Assembly: GCA_963737655.1 (NCBI GenBank)
Contig: CAVTTN010000002.1
Coordinates: forward strand, 4,320,001-4,384,000
Length of the DNA: 64,000 nt
Direction: 5' to 3'
Source: an uncultured Planctomycetota bacterium
GTDB taxonomy: Bacteria; Planctomycetota; Planctomycetia; Isosphaerales; Isosphaeraceae
The translations under genes and the position numbers were made by a program. Below are positions 19,587-30,724 of this stretch, piece by piece (the first letter of the stretch is position 1; the number at the start of each line of letters is the position of its first letter). The notes under the pieces are model-generated. The model did not search any database, was not told the origin of the DNA, and saw only the letters and a list, made by a program, of their open reading frames with translations.

Positions 19587-19627
19587 ACCGCCGGGCTGGG
19601 GAGGAGGCCCGACGGTTCCCGGACGTT

Positions 19628-21773
19628 TCAGGACTTCGGCGCGGTCGAAGCCAGGCCCTTCGACGCGTCGGCGGCCTTCTTCTCGTTGGCGAGGGCCTCG
19701 ACCTCCGCCTTCATCGCCTGGGCCCTGGCGGCGAGGGCCTGGACGCCCGGCGAGCGATCGGCCACGGCCTTGTCGGCGGCGGCCTTCGCGGCCATCGCGG
19801 CGGTCAGCTCGTTCTGGCGGGCGGGGACGGCCTGGGCCGTGGCATTCTCGGCCTGGCGGAGGCCGTTGAGCGGGGCCTCGGCCGCCTGGCGATCCGCCGA
19901 GGCCTTGGTGGCGACGGCCGATGCGGCCTCGGCGGAGGCGGTTGCCGTCTTCCGCCTCTCGGCCGATTCGGAGGCCTCTCGGGTGGCGAGCACGAGCACG
20001 GCGGCGGCCTTTTCGGAGACCAGACGCTCGCGCTCGGCCTTCGTCGCGGCCAACGCCTCGGCCGCGACCTTCGCGGCCTCGGCCTTCTCGGCCAGCATCT
20101 TCGCCGCCTCGTCGCTCATCGAGGCCATCCGGTCCCGCGTCCACGAGGCCAGCCACGACGCCGCGTGAGCGCCAGACTCGGCCCCGGCGCGTTCGCGATA
20201 GGTGTTCTCGGCCGCGTTCCGGGCGTTCGCGGCGTCGGCCGCCGCCTTCTTCGCCGCTTCGAAAGCCCCGCCCGAGGCGCCGACGGCCTTGCCCTTCGCC
20301 TCGGCGTCGGCCTGGAGGCTGGCCAGCTCCTTCGTCGCCGAGTCCGCCGCCGCCTGGGCCGCGGCGTATTCCGCCTGGGCCTTCGCCATCCGGGAGGCGA
20401 TCGGCGCCGGATTCGCCGCGAGGTTCGCGACCCGCTTGCCTTCCTTCAGCTCGAAGATGCGGACCTCGCCCGACCAGTCGCCGGCGATGACGGTCTGGTC
20501 GTCGTGGCCGAAGACGGCGCGGGTGGCGAGGTCGGGGAAGCCCTCAAACTGCCTCTGCTGGCCGCCGTTCTGGTCGAACAGCTTCGCCACCCGGTCGCGG
20601 CCCGCGGTGACGAGCCGGCCGTCCTTGGCGAACCGGACGGAGAGCGTCCCCCCGCCGTGGGCCCCGAAGCTCTTGACCTGGTTGCCGTTCTGCATCTCCC
20701 AGAGCCGGACCGTCGTGTCCTCGCTGGCCGACGCCACGAGGTTCGAATCCAGCCGCCAGGAAATATCCGTGATCGCCACCTGATGGCCGCGGAGGTCGTA
20801 GAACTCGCGGCCCGTGGGGGCCTCCCAGCACGACGAGCCCGCCGTTGCGGTCGCCCGAGGCGAGCAGGACGCCGTCGGGGCTGAACTCGATGGCCGTGAC
20901 CCACTCGGTATGCTTCTTCGACTCGTACACCAGCTCGCCGTCGGACGACCCGTAGACCTTCAGCACCTTGCTCGGCCCGCCGAGGGCGACGAGCGAGCGG
21001 TCCGGGCTGATGTCGGCCGCGAGCACGACCTCATATTCTTTCCCGACCTCGAAAAGCCGCTTGCCGGTCTTCACGTCCCAAACGACCACGCGGCCGGACT
21101 GCCCGCCTCGGCCGCCTCCCGCCAGGAGCATGGCGCCGTCCCGGGTGAACTTCAGGACGTGGACCGTCCCCTCGGGGAACGGCAGGACGCCGACGAGCCG
21201 CGAATTCTGGGTGCTGTAGATCAAGACCTGCTTGTGCCCCGAGACGGCCACGATCGGGGCCCACGGGCTGGCGGCCATCGCGGTGATCGCGTTCGGGCGG
21301 GCGCTGACGACCACCGGCTCGGTCGAGACGCCTTCGGGCATCGCGGGAGGGCCGACGGGCTTGCCGATGGCCGACGGGTCGAGCTTGAAATCCAGCTTCG
21401 GCTTGGCCGCGGCGACCGCGCTGCCGGACATCTCGGGCGCCCCGGCCTCGATCCACGCCTTGATGATGGCGATCTCGGGGTCGGGGATCTTGCCCGAGTT
21501 CGGCGGCATCTTGGGCTCGGCCGAGTGGGTCACGAGCTCGTACAGGCGGCTGCCTTCGAGGTCCCCGGGCTCGATCACCGCGCCGGAGGAACCGCCCTTC
21601 ATGGCGTTGCCGTAGCTGTCCAGGCTCAGGCCGCCCTTCTGCTTGTCGCTGTTGTGGCACGAGTTGCAGCGCGACTGGAAGATCGCCGAGACCTGGTCCT
21701 TGAAATTGACCTTCGCGGCCTTCTCGTCGGGAGGCGCGGCCACGGCGACCGCGAGGATCAGTGAGAACGGCAT
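19628..21773 (-). CDS. Planctomycete cytochrome c (CNSCH) + WD40 + Ala-rich coiled-coil protein, indel near 20829
   Basis: Removing one base joins ORFs 20544-21773 and 19628-20779 as ...GLVVWEAPTGREFYDLRGH... Confidence 0.85.
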
Positions 21774-21796
21774 GGGTCGGGCCTCGGGAGGGAAGG

Positions 21797-21883
21797 ATCG
21801 ATCCGCAGAGGACGCAGATTCGCGCAGATGATCATTTTCATTTGATATTTATCTGCGCGAATCTGCGTCCTCTGCGGATCGAT
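21797..21883. repeat. Perfect 33-bp CCGCAGA-type inverted repeat with 21-nt AT-rich loop
   Basis: Arms 21797-21829 and 21851-21883; same family as 13731-14004. Confidence 0.92.
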
Positions 21884-21887
21884 TTCA

Positions 21888-24327
21888 TCAATGGTTGAAG
21901 AGGAATTCGCGGCTGTTGAGCAGGGCCCAGAACAGGTCCAGGAGGGCCTGCTGCTGGTCGGTCCCGGGGGCGAGGAGCGGGGTGAGCTTCTTCAGCTCCT
22001 CGTCGGTCGGCATCCTCGCGAGGGTGCGGAGGTAGAGGTCGATGATCCGCTCCTCGGGGAACTTCTTGGTCTCGACGAGCTTCTTGACCACCCCGCCCTG
22101 CTGGATCTTGCCGTTGACGGTGTCGCCGTTGAGGAGGTGCAGGGCCTGGGAGAGCGTCGGCTCCATCTTCACCTCGCACGAGCAGACCGTCTCTCGCGTC
22201 GCGCGGCCGAAGGTGGTCAGGAAGTACGTCGACGAGTTGCCGTCGGCGATCTGGACGGCCCTCGCGCCCAGGGGGAGGCCCTGGAACTTGTCCTTCGTCT
22301 CGGTGACCTGGCTGATCACGTCGAGCAGGTTCTCGGCCTTGATCCGCCGGAGGTTGGCGTGGGCGAAATTCTTCTCGTCGGTCTCGTTCGAGGCGTTCCT
22401 CCGGGTCGATCGCTGATACGTCCGCGAGTTGCAGATGTCGCGGACGAGCTTCTTCAGGTCGTACTTCGACTCGGTGAACCGCTTGCCGAGCTCCTCGAGC
22501 AATTCGGGGTTCGAGGCCGGGTTGCTCACGCGGAAGTCGTCCACGGGCTCGACGATCCCGAGGCCGAAGAAGTGGGCCCAGACGCGGTTGGCGAAGCTGG
22601 AGGCGAACCAGGGGTTGTCCTTCGACGCCAGCCACTTGGCCAGGATCACGCGGCGGTCCTTGCCGGCCACGTCGGGCTCGACCCCTCCGAGGAACTTCGG
22701 CTTCATCTGCCGGCCGCCGACGGGGTGCGCGACCTCGCCGCCCCCGGCGTTGAAGACGATGATCTCGCGGTAGTCCTCGCTCTGCTTCCGGCCGATCTGA
22801 GCGAAGAAGGCGGCGAAGCCGTAGTAGTCGTTCTGCGTCCAGCGGTCGAACGGGTGGTTGTGGCACTGGGCGCACTGGATGCGCATCCCCATGAACACCT
22901 GGGCGACGTTCTCCGTCATCAGGAGATTTTCATTGGTCCCCTGATAAAAGTTCGTCGCCGGGTTCTTGAACGTGCCGCCCGAGGCGCCCGAGGAGCTCCT
23001 GGACCATCTCGTCCATCGGCGTGTTCTTGGAGAGCTTCTCGACGAGCCAGTTGTAATAGAGGAACATCCCCTTGTACGAGACGCCGTTGGGGACGGTCCG
23101 GACCTGCAGGAGCTCGGCCCACTTGTTCACCCAGATCTCGACGAACTCCTTGCGTTCGAGCAGCTCGTCGATCAGCTTCGCCCGCTTGTCCGGCTCGGTC
23201 GAGGCGACGAACCTGGTGAACTCCTCGGGGGTCGGGAGGATGCCGACGATGTCGAGGAAGACGCGACGGCAGAACACCTCGTCGGTGCAGACCTCGGAGG
23301 GGGACATCCGCAGCTTCTTCAATTTCGCGGCGACGAACGCGTCCACGTAGTTCGCGTCGGCCTCGGCCGGGTACTCGAACTTCAGCCCCTTGGGCAGGAC
23401 GAGGACCTGCGAGCCGACGGTGAACGTCTCGAACCGGGCCATCACGAACGCCTCGCCCCGCTGGCCGGCGGTCACCAGGCCGTCGGGCGAGATCGCGGCG
23501 GAGCTTTCGTTGTTGGTGAGGAACACGGCGAGGCCGGTGACGTCGCGGTCCGAGCCGTCGGAGTACTTCGCCCGGACGGTCATCTGCTGGGTGGACTTCT
23601 CGCCGTCGAGCACGGCCTTCTTCGGGTAGAGGTCCACCGAGACGACCGTCGGGAGCTTGCTCACGTCATCGTTGACGGCGCCGGCGTCGATCCAGGTATG
23701 GATGGTCTTGTAGAGCTCGGAGTTCTCCTCGAACCGCTTGCCGCCGGTGTGCTGGACCGACCCGATGCTCTTTTCCAGGAGGGTGCTGTCGGCGGGGACG
23801 GCCAGGTTGATCCGGCGGCCGACCATCTCGCGGGTCAGGCGGTTGTAGTCGCCTTCGGGGTCGAACCCGAACAGGGAGATGCGGAAGCCGTCCTTGCCGC
23901 GGGCGGCCCCGTGGCAGGAGCCGGTGTTGCAGCCGGCCCTCATGAACACCGGCATCACGTCGAGCCGGAAGCTCAACGGGGGCTGGCTGGCGGCGCCCGA
24001 GACGGTCACGGGCACCTTCACGGCCTGGCCGCCGAACGCCACGTTGAGCTCGGTCTTGCCGTCGGCGACGGGCCAGAACGTGCTGCCGTCCCGGCGGACG
24101 AGCTTCGGGTCAGCCGGGGCGATCTCGGCCTCCCTGGTCACGTCGCGGGTGATCCCATCGGCATAGATGGCCTGGACCACCACGAGCTGGCGGTCCCGGG
24201 CGTTGTTCAGGTTCACGTCGGGCGGGAAGACTTCGAGCTTCGTCAACGCCGCCCCATCGGCCAGGGCCGAACCCGAGGCGGCGCCCGCGATCAAAGCGGC
24301 AAAGATCAGGCGGGGGAAGGCTCTCAT
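21888..24327 (-). CDS. DUF1549/DUF1553 protein with Ig-like domains, extra G near 22988
   Basis: GCNTGSCHG, RRVFLDIVG, CAQCHNHPFD, C-terminal WALLNSREFLFNH; the repaired junction reads QELLGASGGTFKNPATNFYQ. Confidence 0.9.
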
Positions 24328-24386
24328 GGGCGTGACCACCTCGGGGGGCGGGAGGGATTCGGGGGTGTACCTGGCAAAGACTCAAG

Positions 24387-24410
24387 CTTGGTGAAGAAAA
24401 ATTCCCACAT
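24387..24410 (-). pseudogene. Possible N-terminal remnant of a YoeB/Txe toxin (MWEFFFTK)
   Basis: ATG overlaps the antitoxin stop (TGATG); resembles the W-x-hydrophobic-F/Y-T-K start of Txe/YoeB toxins, then similarity stops. Confidence 0.45.
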
Positions 24411-24652
24411 CACCATTCGACCCGGTCGGAACACTCGCTCAAGGGGGTCGCGACGCCGTCTCGGATCGATTCGGCCATGCCGGGGATGCTCATCAAGGAG
24501 AGCGTTTCCTGGATCGCGTTCCAGTCCTCCTCCGAGACGAGCACGCCGGACGCCTGCTCGCCCCGGATGAAGATCGGCCGATCATCTTGCGAGGTCGCCT
24601 CCAGGAGGCTCCCCAGGATCTTGCCGGCTTCATCGACCGTGTGAATGTTCAT
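24410..24652 (-). CDS. Phd/YefM family antitoxin
   Basis: VLVSEEDWNAIQETL..PGMAESIRDG; 80 aa. Confidence 0.9.
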   Translation of the reverse strand: MNIHTVDEAGKILGSLLEATSQDDRPIFIRGEQASGVLVSEEDWNAIQETLSLMSIPGMAESIRDGVATPLSECSDRVEW

Positions 24653-24663
24653 AATATGCGCCT

Positions 24664-27109
24664 CTACTTCTTCTCGGCCGCGGCCTTCGCCTTCTCGGCC
24701 TGTTCCAATCGGAGCTTCTCCAGGCGGGAGAGCACCTTCGGCGGCTGACCGGCGGGCGGGGGGGCGGCGGCGGCGCGGCGGCCGGCATCGGGGCCGCGGC
24801 GGGGGCGTTGACCTTCGGCGGGATGGGCACGTCCACGCGGAGCGCCCCGCTGCCGAGGTTGTGGACGATCGGCTCGTCGTTCATCGTCACGACGACCTGG
24901 CAGAACAGGTTCTGGTGGTTGCCGGCGGGGGTGGCGGGGTCGGTCTTGATGTGGAAGATGACTTCGGGCGTGTCCTTGGTGATCTTCTTCACGTCGGTGG
25001 ACGCCTTGTTCGGCAGGCCGATCAGGGTCATCGTGGCCTCGCCGGGGAAGTCGGCCTGCTTGGCGACCTTGACCACGAGGTCGGCGTCCTTCCCCTGCTC
25101 GGTCGCGGCGTTCTGGTAGGCGAGGCTCACGAACGGGGCGGCCACCGAGAGGTTGGCGAGCTGCGAGGAGACCATGATCGGCCCGCTCGGGACGCCCGAG
25201 GAGCCGTTGACGACGATCTTCCACGTCTTGATCTCGGCCCCGCCGTCGGCGTTGACCTGGATCACGGCCTCGTTCTGGCCCTCGGGGATCGTCACGCCTC
25301 CCTGCGAGCTGATCCCCGGCGGGTTCCACGGCAGGCCGATGGCGATCGGCGCCTTGAAGCCCTCCTTGCGGATCGCCTTGACCTTCAGGGCCATCGAGCC
25401 GCCCCGGACGATCGGCACCTTGGGCTCGACGATCTCGATCGAGTACGGGCATTCCTCGGTCACGGCGACGGCGAACGAATCGACGGTGCGGGTCCAGAAC
25501 GGGTTGTTGTTCTGGCCGTTGACGAGCTCGGCGACCTGGGAGAACTCCTGGGACGCCAGCTTCGTCTTGCCGTCGGTCGGCTCGCCGACGACCCTGGCCA
25601 GGCTGCCGGCGAGGGCCGCGTCGGGCTTGGCCACCAGGAGGATCGGGAAGGTGCCGACGTTGCCGGCCATCGTGTCGGCCTGGAGCTCGACGCCCGGCGG
25701 CAGGTTCTCGACATTCAGCTTCAGGTCGCCGCCGAAATCCTGCCGGGTCGCGCTCACGAGGATCGCCTGGCGGTTCCCCTTCGGCACGGCCGAGGCGATC
25801 ACGCCGGTCCCTCGCTGCATCCCCTCGTTCGGGACGCTCATCACGAGCTTCGGCTCGATCGTCGCGATCTCGATCCGGTAGGCGTAATCGGGCCCGCCCT
25901 TGCGGAGATGGTCGTGGACCCAGAGGACGTAATCGGTGTCCTCGGGCACGCCGAAGCGGATGTGGCTGTCGGGCCCGCCCTCGTCGTCGTTGCCGGCGAG
26001 GTACTGCGCCCCCTTCTTGGCGATGTGGAGGACCGGGTCCAGCGGCGAGCGGAGCGACCGGGCCCGCACCCAGATGTCGAACGCCTGGCCGGGCTTGCCG
26101 TGGAAGGTGTAGTAATCTTCATCCCCGGCCTTGTCGATCACGCCGTTCAGGGCGATCGGCGGGGCGAACGGGGTGGCCGTGGCCTGGTCGTTGTTCGGTT
26201 CCTTCTCCATCACGTTGCCGAACGGGGAGAGCCGGAAGAGGTTCGGGTAGGGCGAAGTGCCGCGGTCGTCCTGCCCGAAAATCCCGAAGTTCGCCTCCGG
26301 CTTCGCCGGCAGGGTGAATTCGGCGGTCTTCTCCCCGGCCACGTCGCCGATCATGCGGACGGCCACCTTCTCGCCCAGCTTCCCGCCGGCCGGGACCGTG
26401 GCCGAGAACCTCGGGAACTCGCCCACGTGGAGGCGATAGAGGCAATTGCCGTTGCCGGCATAGGCGCTCTCGCGGACCTGGATGACGTACTGGCCGTCGG
26501 CGGGCGCGAGGACCGAGGCGAAGCCGTCCTGCCAGGTCAGCGCGGCGTCGTCGGAGGAGGCGAGCTCGAACCTCTTGGCGTCCATGATCGCGACGTAGGG
26601 GTCGAACTGGGAGATCCCGACGCGGATGCCCTCGACCTCGGCCGAGATCCTCTGCCCCTTCTTCGCCTCGATCAGGTAGTAGTCCACGTCCTCGTTGTCC
26701 GCCACGCCGTTGACGGTGGTGTTCAACGAGACGACCTGGGGATGGGCGAAGTCATTATTCGGCTCGGCCTCCACGACTTCCTTGTAGGGCCCGACGCTGA
26801 ACGACCGCTGCTCGCTCACGCCGGAGGCGGTGCGGACGCGAAGGTCATGGATCCCGAGCGGGGCGTCCGGCGCGATCTTGATCCGGGCCTTGACGTGGTT
26901 GTCGTCCACCTTGGTGAGCGACACGGTGGAGATGCCCGGCTGATAGAAGAGGATCTCCTGGGCGTCGCCGAGGCGGGCGCCGAGGAGGCTGACCTCGACC
27001 TCCGTCCCCCTCTGCGCCGACGGGCGCAGGGCCCGAGGCTCGGCGAGGCGGCCCGGCTCGGGCCGGCGGCGAGGATCGTCAGCAGGGAGGCTAGCGCGAT
27101 GGCTCGCAT
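24664..27109 (-). CDS. Secreted PPC-domain (pre-peptidase C-terminal) protein, indels near 27032 and 24775
   Basis: Signal peptide, AQRGT, two E(A/K)EPNND motifs, DVDYY, C-terminal LSRLEKLRLEQ in the shifted frame. Confidence 0.85.
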
Positions 27110-27199
27110 GGCGGGGGGTCCGGTCGGGGGAGCGGAGGCGGGGTCTGTCGTCTCGAGACGGCCGAGGGGCCCCGGCCTTTCGATTCGGGTGGGGCGGGT

Positions 27200-28198
27200 T
27201 CAGCGGCTGGCGTCTTTCGCCTTGGCGTGGTTGGCGAGGCCGATATAGACGACCCGGGCGAAGTGGCTGCCGCGGAACAGCCCCTTGCCCCATCGGTCGT
27301 CGAGGGGCTTCGTGGGCTTCGCGGCGACGACCTCGTCGATCGTCTTGCCGGCCTCGACCATCGGGGCCATGGCGTGCCAGACCCGGTCGAGCATGTCGCG
27401 GGCGGCCTTCAGGTCGTCGCGGGTCGCGAGCGGGCCGTGGCCGGGGATGATCCTCGTTTTCGGGCCGGCGATGCCGAGGATCTTGTCGGCCGCCGCGACC
27501 ATCCCGCCGATCCAGCCCGCGGACGAGCCGTCGATGTTCGGGTAGAAGCCGTTCGAGAACAGGTCGCCGGCGTGGAGGACGTCCGCCTTGACGAAGTGGA
27601 TGTAGATATCCCCGTCGGTGTGGGCCGGGGGGACGTGGACGAGGCGGAGCTCCTCGCCGTTGAGGAACAGGCCGGCGTCCTCGCCGAGGACGATCACCGG
27701 CAGGGCCTTCTCCGGGGACGCCGGCATCTTGAGGTCGAACGCCTCGTTGTACTGGTCCGATCCCAGGCGGCTCCGGGTGTTCTGGTGCCCGAGGATCTTC
27801 GCGCCGGCCGAGGCCAGGGCGAGATTCCCGCCGGTGTGGTCGAAATGCCAGTGGGTGTTGATCAGCCAGGGGATCGGCCCGGGCGCGACCTTCGCCACGG
27901 CGGCCCGGAGGTCGGCGGACCTCTGGGGGATGAAGGAATCGACCAGGAGGGTGCCGTCCCCGCCGGTCAGGACGGCCACGTTCCCCCCTGGACCCTGAAG
28001 CAGTGTCAGCCCAGGCCCGAGCGGCGCGGCGGTGATCGGGACGGCCACCATCGCCGGCATCATGACCTTCATCAGCTCGGGAAGGGACAGGTCCGCCCCG
28101 GCCGGAGGGTCGTCGGCCCGGGAGGCCGGAGGGCCCGCGGTCGCCGCCAGGGCGGCCGCGCCGATGGTCTTCAGGGCCTCTCGCCTCGCAATCCTCAT
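27200..28198 (-). CDS. Tat-exported MBL-fold metallohydrolase (cyclase-like)
   Basis: RREAL Tat motif; NTHWHFDHTGGN, AHTDGD, PGHG. Confidence 0.88.
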   Translation of the reverse strand: MRIARREALKTIGAAALAATAGPPASRADDPPAGADLSLPELMKVMMPAMVAVPITAAPLGPGLTLLQGPGGNVAVLTGGDGTLLVDSFIPQRSADLRAAVAKVAPGPIPWLINTHWHFDHTGGNLALASAGAKILGHQNTRSRLGSDQYNEAFDLKMPASPEKALPVIVLGEDAGLFLNGEELRLVHVPPAHTDGDIYIHFVKADVLHAGDLFSNGFYPNIDGSSAGWIGGMVAAADKILGIAGPKTRIIPGHGPLATRDDLKAARDMLDRVWHAMAPMVEAGKTIDEVVAAKPTKPLDDRWGKGLFRGSHFARVVYIGLANHAKAKDASR

Positions 28199-28262
28199 GA
28201 GCGTTCGCGCCTCGGTGACACTTCGAATCCGCCCCCGGGAGGGGGGCGGGGGCGGTTGGGGG

Positions 28263-28884
28263 TCAGGCGGTCCAGGTCGCCCCGTCGGCGGCCCGGACGA
28301 TCTCGATCGAGGAGTCCGCCGGGCCGGGCACAAGTCGGAACGACCGGCCGAGCACCTCGCTGGCCAGGGGCGCCGGTTCCGACGGTTCCGACGTCTCGGG
28401 CGGGGCCCAGCCGTCCCCGTCCCTCCGGTATAACTCCAGCTTCCAGGGCTTCCGATCCACGAACAGGAGCTCTCGGACACCGGTCTTCGCGTAGAATCCG
28501 AACTTCTCGCGGGATCGAGCGTGCTTGCTCACGATCTCCACGAGGAAGTCGGGGCCGCCGAGGAAGTGGGTCTCGCGTTCCTCGGCGGGGTTCCCGGGCA
28601 GGAACACCGCGACGTCGGGGCAGCGATAATTCGTGGTCCAGTCGAACGGGTCGTCGCTGACGTTCACGCCCGGATACACGACCGCCTCGGGAATCCCTTC
28701 CAGGGCCCGGTCCAAGGCGCGTCGTGAGTTTCCCGACCAGCTTCCGATGGTGGTTGTTCCCGAGGGGCATGACGACGTAGACCCCGTCCCAGACCTCGTC
28801 GCGCCGGTCGCCGCCCCAGTCTTGCCGCCTCTTCAGCCACTTCTCGAAGGCCGGACTGGCGAATGCGAACACGCGGTTCTTCAT
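28263..28884 (-). CDS. Uma2 family endonuclease, indel near 28720
   Basis: DEVWDGVYVVMP, YRCPDVAV, PDFLVEIVS, KFGFYAKTGVRE split over two frames. Confidence 0.85.
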
Positions 28885-28938
28885 GGGAAGGGGCTCCAAC
28901 CGAGGGGGCGGGCCCATCGCCCGGCCCCCCATCCCATC

Positions 28939-30249
28939 TTACCCGAGGAGCTCGGTCCGCACCTTGCCGCCATCGACGATCTCGATCGGCCGGTTGCCCG
29001 GGGCCATCAGCTCCTTGTCGGCCACGATGCCGAGCTGGTGGTAGACCGTCGTGGCCAGGTCCTCGGGGCCGATCGGGTCGCGCTCGGGCTCGGTCGCGGT
29101 CGAGTTCGAGGCGCCGTGGATGTACCCCTTCTTCACGCCTCCGCCGGCGAGGACGACGCTGAACACCTTCGGCCAGTGGTCGCGGCCGGCGTCCTTGTTG
29201 ATCTTGGGCGTCCGGCCGAATTCGGAGGAGACCATCACGAGGGTGCGGTCGAGCAGGCCGCGCTGCGAGAGGTCGGTGATCAGGGCCGAGTACGCCTGGT
29301 CGAAGGCCGGCATCTGGGTCCTCATCCCGCCGGCGATCCCGGCGTGGAGGTCCCAGCCGCCGTACTGGAGGGCGACGAACCGGACGCCCGCCTCGACGAG
29401 CCTCCGGGCCATCAGCATCCTCTGCCCCGCGTCGTTCCGGCCGTAGGCGTCTCGCAGGGGGGCCGGCTCGGCGTTGATGTTGAACGCCTCGCGGGCCTTG
29501 GGCGAGGCGATCAGGCTATACGCCCTCTCGTAGAACGTGTCCATCGCCTGGAGGCCGTCGGACTTCTCCTTCTTGGCGAAGTGCTCGTTGACCGACTCCA
29601 GGACGCTCCGCCTCGTGGCGAACCGGGACTCGTTGATCCCGCCCGGGAGGTCCAGGTCCTGGACCCGGAACCCGGGGTTCGAGGGGTCGCTGCCCAGGGA
29701 GAACGGCGAGAAGCTCGACGACAGGTAGCCCGTCCCGGCATAGACGTTGGGCATCGAGGGGACGCAGACGTACGGCGGCAGGTTATTCTTCGGGCCGTAC
29801 TCGTGGGCGACGACCGACCCCATGCTCGGGTACTGGAGGGCCGGGCTGGGTCGATACCCGGTGAACATGTTGTGGGTGCCGCGCTCGTGGGCCGCCTCGC
29901 CGTGGGTCATCGAGCGGATGACGGTGATCTTGTCGGCGATCTGGGCGGTCTTCGGCAGGGTCTCGCAGAAGACCTCGCCGTCGAGCTTCGTCTTCACCAC
30001 GCCGAGCTCGCCGCGGTACTCCAGGGGGGCATACGGCTTGGGGTCGAACGTCTCCTGCTGGGCGATGCCGCCGGGCAGGAAGATGTGGATGACCGAGTCG
30101 GCCTTGGCGGCGATGGGCGCGTAATTCTTCAGGTCCGCCCGGGCCTTGAGACGGAAGAAGTCCGCCAGCGAGAGGCCGAAGCCGAACGTGCCGACCGTCA
30201 GGAAGCCGCGACGGCTGAACATCGGTCGCGGGGTCATGCCACCTGCCAT
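28939..30249 (-). CDS. DUF1501 family Tat protein
   Basis: SRRGFL, ETFDPKP, ARRLVEAGVRFV, GWDLH, EFGRTPKIN, GRDHW. Confidence 0.95.
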   Translation of the reverse strand: MAGGMTPRPMFSRRGFLTVGTFGFGLSLADFFRLKARADLKNYAPIAAKADSVIHIFLPGGIAQQETFDPKPYAPLEYRGELGVVKTKLDGEVFCETLPKTAQIADKITVIRSMTHGEAAHERGTHNMFTGYRPSPALQYPSMGSVVAHEYGPKNNLPPYVCVPSMPNVYAGTGYLSSSFSPFSLGSDPSNPGFRVQDLDLPGGINESRFATRRSVLESVNEHFAKKEKSDGLQAMDTFYERAYSLIASPKAREAFNINAEPAPLRDAYGRNDAGQRMLMARRLVEAGVRFVALQYGGWDLHAGIAGGMRTQMPAFDQAYSALITDLSQRGLLDRTLVMVSSEFGRTPKINKDAGRDHWPKVFSVVLAGGGVKKGYIHGASNSTATEPERDPIGPEDLATTVYHQLGIVADKELMAPGNRPIEIVDGGKVRTELLG

Positions 30250-30724
30250 GAGCGATCTCCTCAGGAAGGAAGGCCGCCCGATCGTGTCGGACGAGGGCGG
30301 CGGTCGGGGGGCGAGGGAAGGCGAGGCTGGGGCCTCGGCGGGGTATTCTCTTCGTCGATCCGAGCGAGAAGGCAAGGCGGGCGAGGGCGGGCGGTGTCAC
30401 TCATGACGGTCGAGGGAGGCGGGCGGACGTCGGCCGACGGTCGGATTCTAACCCGTCGGCAGTCCTCACGCAACCGGCCGTGCAGTGATGGATACTTTCG
30501 GCCCACTTTGGCGACTTGTTTAACAATCTTCGGACGACTCGATAGCCTTCTACGCATGGGCAGTCCGAGACGTTGGCGCATTCCGGCCGGCCGGCCATTT
30601 TTTCGCCGCGACCGCGCCTGGTTTCGGCCCGCCGCGCCGATTAGGATGGTCCCCGGCCGGGTCGGGACGTCCTCTGGAAGGGGCGGCCGAGGCCCGCCGG
30701 GCGTCATTTCCGAAGGGGATCGCG

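Noticed and set aside
19581..19592. GATTGAACCGCC at the lpxH-like stop, matching the punA stop/arm junction
   Set aside because: Only 12 bp with no partner arm; may be chance.
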